NCBI GenBank assembly: GCA_052390515.1
Contig: JBQTGV010000058.1
Location: forward strand, 1 to 64,000
DNA from: Candidatus Eiseniibacteriota bacterium
Lineage (GTDB): Bacteria > ARS69
Direction of reading: 5' to 3'
Length of the DNA stretch: 64,000 nucleotides
Translations under genes and position numbers: made by a program
Notes under the pieces: generated by a model
The model's database searches: none
What the model was told of the DNA's origin: nothing
Seen by the model: the letters and a program-made list of their open reading frames with translations, nothing else
Shown here: positions 60,944-64,000 of the stretch, one piece after another
Numbering within the stretch: the stretch's first letter is position 1
How the letters are laid out: every line of letters starts with the position of its first letter

Positions 60944-63286
60944 TCAGAACAGCTCCAGCTGCGAGTCGTCTCCGACCACACGGTCGAAGTCCAGGCCCAG
61001 CAGTCCGAGGACCGGTTCCGCGACCGGACGGATCTGCCGCTGCACGTAGTGCTCATGGTCGATCGGGGACCTTCGCTCCGCAGCCGGCTCCGCTCCCTCC
61101 CTGGTCATGACGTACTCGACGACCCATCCGGGCCCGCGCCGCATCTTCCGCGCGGCGGCCACGTGCGGAGGCGTCGAGGCCACGTACGCGTCGAGCCGCT
61201 TGCGCAGCCCCTTCCGGTACACGAGCATCTCATCGAGCCGGCCCGCGCGCAGGTCCGCCACGACCGTCTTCAAGTACTCGGCGACCGGCGCATCGGCGAA
61301 GAGCCGGGCGAACAGCTCGCGCTGCACGCGCTTGGCCAGTTCGGTCCAGTCGCGGCGCACGGCCTCGTGTCCGGTGAGCACCAGACGCGTGCCCTCGCCC
61401 TCCCGCGCGAGGCCGGCGTACCGCTTCCGGGCACCGGCAGAGCCGCCGCGTACCGCCGGAAGGAAGAGGCGAACGTAGATCCGGTCGATCTCGAGCCGAA
61501 GACGGCTCTCCACGCGCCACCGCGCGGCGACCCACGCCGCGAGATCGCGGTTCAGCAGCTCGACGAGCTCGTTCGCCAGACGCTCGGCCTCGTCCGTGCT
61601 CTCGCGGCCGGACTCCACGAACAGGCTGTCGGTGTCGCCGTAGAGCACGCGGAAGCCCTCGCGCTCCACGCGCGCCTTCGCCCACAGGAGCACCTCGCGC
61701 CCGAACCCGGTGATCGCGTTGGCCAGCGCCGGCGAGGCGAAGCGGCACGCCGACGTGCCCAGCACACCGTAGAACGAGTTCATCAGGATTTTGATGGCGA
61801 CGTTCGCGGCGCGGTCGCCGGAGCGCTTCGCCGCTTCGCGGCGCGGGAAGAGCGCGTCGAGGATTCCGGGTAGGATCCCGGGCTCGCGGCGGAACCGCGC
61901 ACCGTTCGGCGCGACGATCGGATCGTCGTACTCCGCCGGCTCGACGACGCGGCCGAGCGGGTCGATCTGGAACGTGCGGATGATGCTGGGATAGAGGCTC
62001 TGGAAGTCGAGCACGATGACGTTGCGGAAGAGTCCCGGCGTCGGCTCCAGCACGTGGCCGCCGCCCAGTTCCTCGGGCACGGACCACGGCCGCACCGTCG
62101 GCGCGACCATCCCGCGCCGCCCGAGCTCGGACAGATACAGGAAGTCGAAGGAGGCGATGCTGGCCGCCACCCGATCCGGCGGCATGCCGGTGAGGCGGCT
62201 TCGCTCCACCGCCAGCGGCAGCAGCTGCAGCTTCTCGAGCACCGCGAGCACGAGCTCCGCGTCGCGGCGGTTGTACGCGGCGAGCTTCTCGCGGTCCTTG
62301 CGGAATGCGTCCAGGATCTCCTGCGCGCGCCCCGGGCCGGCCATGCTCTTGCCTTCACCCAGCACCTCCCTGGCCACGGAGTCCAGGGAGTAGCTCTCGA
62401 ACCGCAGGAACGCGCCACGCAGCAGGGCGATCCCGTCGAGCACGAGCCGACCCGGCAGGCGGGCCTCGCTCGGCGCGCGCGGCGAAGCGGCCGGCCGGAT
62501 GCGCAGCGGATCGGATCCCCTCCCGAGCGCGAGCGGAACGCCGCAGCGCTCGGCGATGCCCGCGAGTACGGCGAGATCGAAGTCGACGACGTTCCAGCCG
62601 GTCAGCACGTCCGCGTCGATCCGCCGGACGCGGTCGACGAACGCCGAGAGCAGGTCGCGCTCGGTGGCGAAGGGAACGGCGTTGGCCGGGCACGGCCAGC
62701 CGGGCGGCGTGAGCAGCAGGACTTCGGATGTTCCGCACCCGACGAGCGCGATGGACAGCACGCGTCGCGCTTGCGGATCGGTCTCGATGTCGATGGAGAG
62801 AGCGCGCAGCGCCGGCGACCAGTCCGCCGCCTCGACGTCCGGGTTCTCGAAGACGCGGTCCACGTCCGTCCCGGGCCTCGACGGACCTTCGATGCGCAGC
62901 GATCCCCGGATCCCGCGATCGATCAGCCAGCGCACCGCGAAACGCACGTCGGCCTCGAACGTCTCGATGCCGCGCTCGATGAGCCGGTCCCGAACCGCGG
63001 GCGCGTCCTGCGGCCGGCGCACCCCGACGCGCGCGACCGGCTCTCCCCGCATCGTCTTCCGGCCGCGGTCGTCCGGGCCGACGTCGGCGCCGAGCTCTCT
63101 CGCTCGCGCGGCATCGTCGGCACGGATCCAGAAGACGGGCTGCTGCCGATCGTCGCGGAGGCGGAACGACCCGCCGCCTTCCAGAATGCCGTGGAGCACG
63201 ACGACGGCACGTCCGCTCTCGACGCGGTAGGAGGCGTCGAGCAGGAAGCCGAGGACGCTCGCCGGTCCGCTCACCTCACTCGACAT
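60944..63286 (-). CDS. polB: DNA polymerase II (family B)
   Basis: Exo SIDIET, GWNVVDFD; Pol LDFQSLYPSII, KILMNSFYG, YGDTDS, RKRYAG. Confidence 0.93.
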   Translation of the reverse strand: MSSEVSGPASVLGFLLDASYRVESGRAVVVLHGILEGGGSFRLRDDRQQPVFWIRADDAARARELGADVGPDDRGRKTMRGEPVARVGVRRPQDAPAVRDRLIERGIETFEADVRFAVRWLIDRGIRGSLRIEGPSRPGTDVDRVFENPDVEAADWSPALRALSIDIETDPQARRVLSIALVGCGTSEVLLLTPPGWPCPANAVPFATERDLLSAFVDRVRRIDADVLTGWNVVDFDLAVLAGIAERCGVPLALGRGSDPLRIRPAASPRAPSEARLPGRLVLDGIALLRGAFLRFESYSLDSVAREVLGEGKSMAGPGRAQEILDAFRKDREKLAAYNRRDAELVLAVLEKLQLLPLAVERSRLTGMPPDRVAASIASFDFLYLSELGRRGMVAPTVRPWSVPEELGGGHVLEPTPGLFRNVIVLDFQSLYPSIIRTFQIDPLGRVVEPAEYDDPIVAPNGARFRREPGILPGILDALFPRREAAKRSGDRAANVAIKILMNSFYGVLGTSACRFASPALANAITGFGREVLLWAKARVEREGFRVLYGDTDSLFVESGRESTDEAERLANELVELLNRDLAAWVAARWRVESRLRLEIDRIYVRLFLPAVRGGSAGARKRYAGLAREGEGTRLVLTGHEAVRRDWTELAKRVQRELFARLFADAPVAEYLKTVVADLRAGRLDEMLVYRKGLRKRLDAYVASTPPHVAAARKMRRGPGWVVEYVMTREGAEPAAERRSPIDHEHYVQRQIRPVAEPVLGLLGLDFDRVVGDDSQLELF

Positions 63287-63320
63287 GAGGGAACTCCCGT
63301 CCCGAGTGTCCGAGGTGCGC

Positions 63321-64000
63321 TCACTCTACCACGAAGGCATGCAGCACCGGCCGGCCGCTCGCGTCCTCGAACGTGAGGGCTGCCGGCGGCAAGCGTCCGC
63401 CGAAGTGCGCGAGCAGCATGCCGTGCAGCCGCCCACCGTCCCAGACGACGAGAGAGGCACCTTCGCGCATGCGCGCCGCGAACTCGGGCGCGGGCATTCC
63501 CTCGCGCTCCGGGTTCAGGAACTCGAACGGAGCGTCCCGTCCGAGGTAGTAGCGCAGCGGCCACTCCAGCCAGTAATCCTCGACGATGACCGGCGGGCGC
63601 GGGCCGGAGGCCTCGGCACGCGCGCGGAGCGCATCCGCCGCCGCCCGCTTGGGGTCGACCGCAGCGGTGCGGTACGTGCGATGTGCTTCGCCGCCGTTGC
63701 GCAGCACGTGCACGGGATACGCCAGGGCGAAGTGCGCACAGAGCGCGGCGCAGGCGAGCGCGGTCGCCGGGACGGACGCGCGTAACGAGCCGAGCGCCGC
63801 CGAGACCACGACGACGGCGGGAACGACGGTCCAGAGCGCGTAGCGCTCGTACTCGGGCGAGAACGCACCCGGCCCGGCCACGAAGTAGAAGACGAGCAGC
63901 GCGGCGGCCTCGCCGAGAACGAGAGCGGGAAAGCGGCGAATCCCGACGAGGCGCGCGGCGATCGACGCCGCCAGCACCGTCGCGACCAGCGTCTGCTCGG
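63321..64000 (-). CDS. Partial membrane protein (5' end outside the window), possibly GT-C-like
   Basis: Several TM helices, 'ERYALW' motif, soluble C-terminal domain; the frame runs to the window edge. Confidence 0.5.
   Translation of the reverse strand, partial: EQTLVATVLAASIAARLVGIRRFPALVLGEAAALLVFYFVAGPGAFSPEYERYALWTVVPAVVVVSAALGSLRASVPATALACAALCAHFALAYPVHVLRNGGEAHRTYRTAAVDPKRAAADALRARAEASGPRPPVIVEDYWLEWPLRYYLGRDAPFEFLNPEREGMPAPEFAARMREGASLVVWDGGRLHGMLLAHFGGRLPPAALTFEDASGRPVLHAFVVE

Overview
High-GC bacterial DNA, probably from an FCB-related candidate lineage such as Eisenbacteria or Krumholzibacteria (inferred from many FlgD-Ig/T9SS-like C-terminal domains and one 'SWGKIK' tail). The first ~40 kb is a dense signalling island. 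It has three ECF sigma factors, each directly upstream of a membrane-anchored Ser/Thr kinase, and six Hanks-type kinases in total (TPR, WD40, zf-HC2 or DUF4384 modules; one is 5'-truncated). These are interleaved with secreted cargo proteins, an S8 protease and a signal-peptide TPR-CHAT caspase-like protease. The best candidate new system is at 16.7-27.1 kb: an ECF/kinase-DUF4384 pair and a divergent small protein-S8-CHAT operon are flanked by mirror-image promoter-like motifs (GTGTGAAT-N15-CGTTCTGG), and an RG[IV][TG][SG][LV] motif is shared by both DUF4384 sensors and the CHAT protease. Other notable items are a ~290-bp intergenic element at 57.7-58.0 kb whose inverted repeats are permuted (A-B-C-D-D'-A'-B'-C'), an unannotated 59-aa secreted Cys-rich peptide behind a Cys-rich/PPP leader ORF, and a head-to-head deletion scar at ~29.36 kb. 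The rest is a GT-C/sulfotransferase surface-modification cluster, OmpA, an ArsS-like radical SAM plus AhpD-like pair, a cyclophilin-FKBP fusion, LOG, DNA polymerase II and an ATP-dependent ligase. No rRNA, tRNA, CRISPR array or transposase was seen. All calls come from motif reading; no searches were run.
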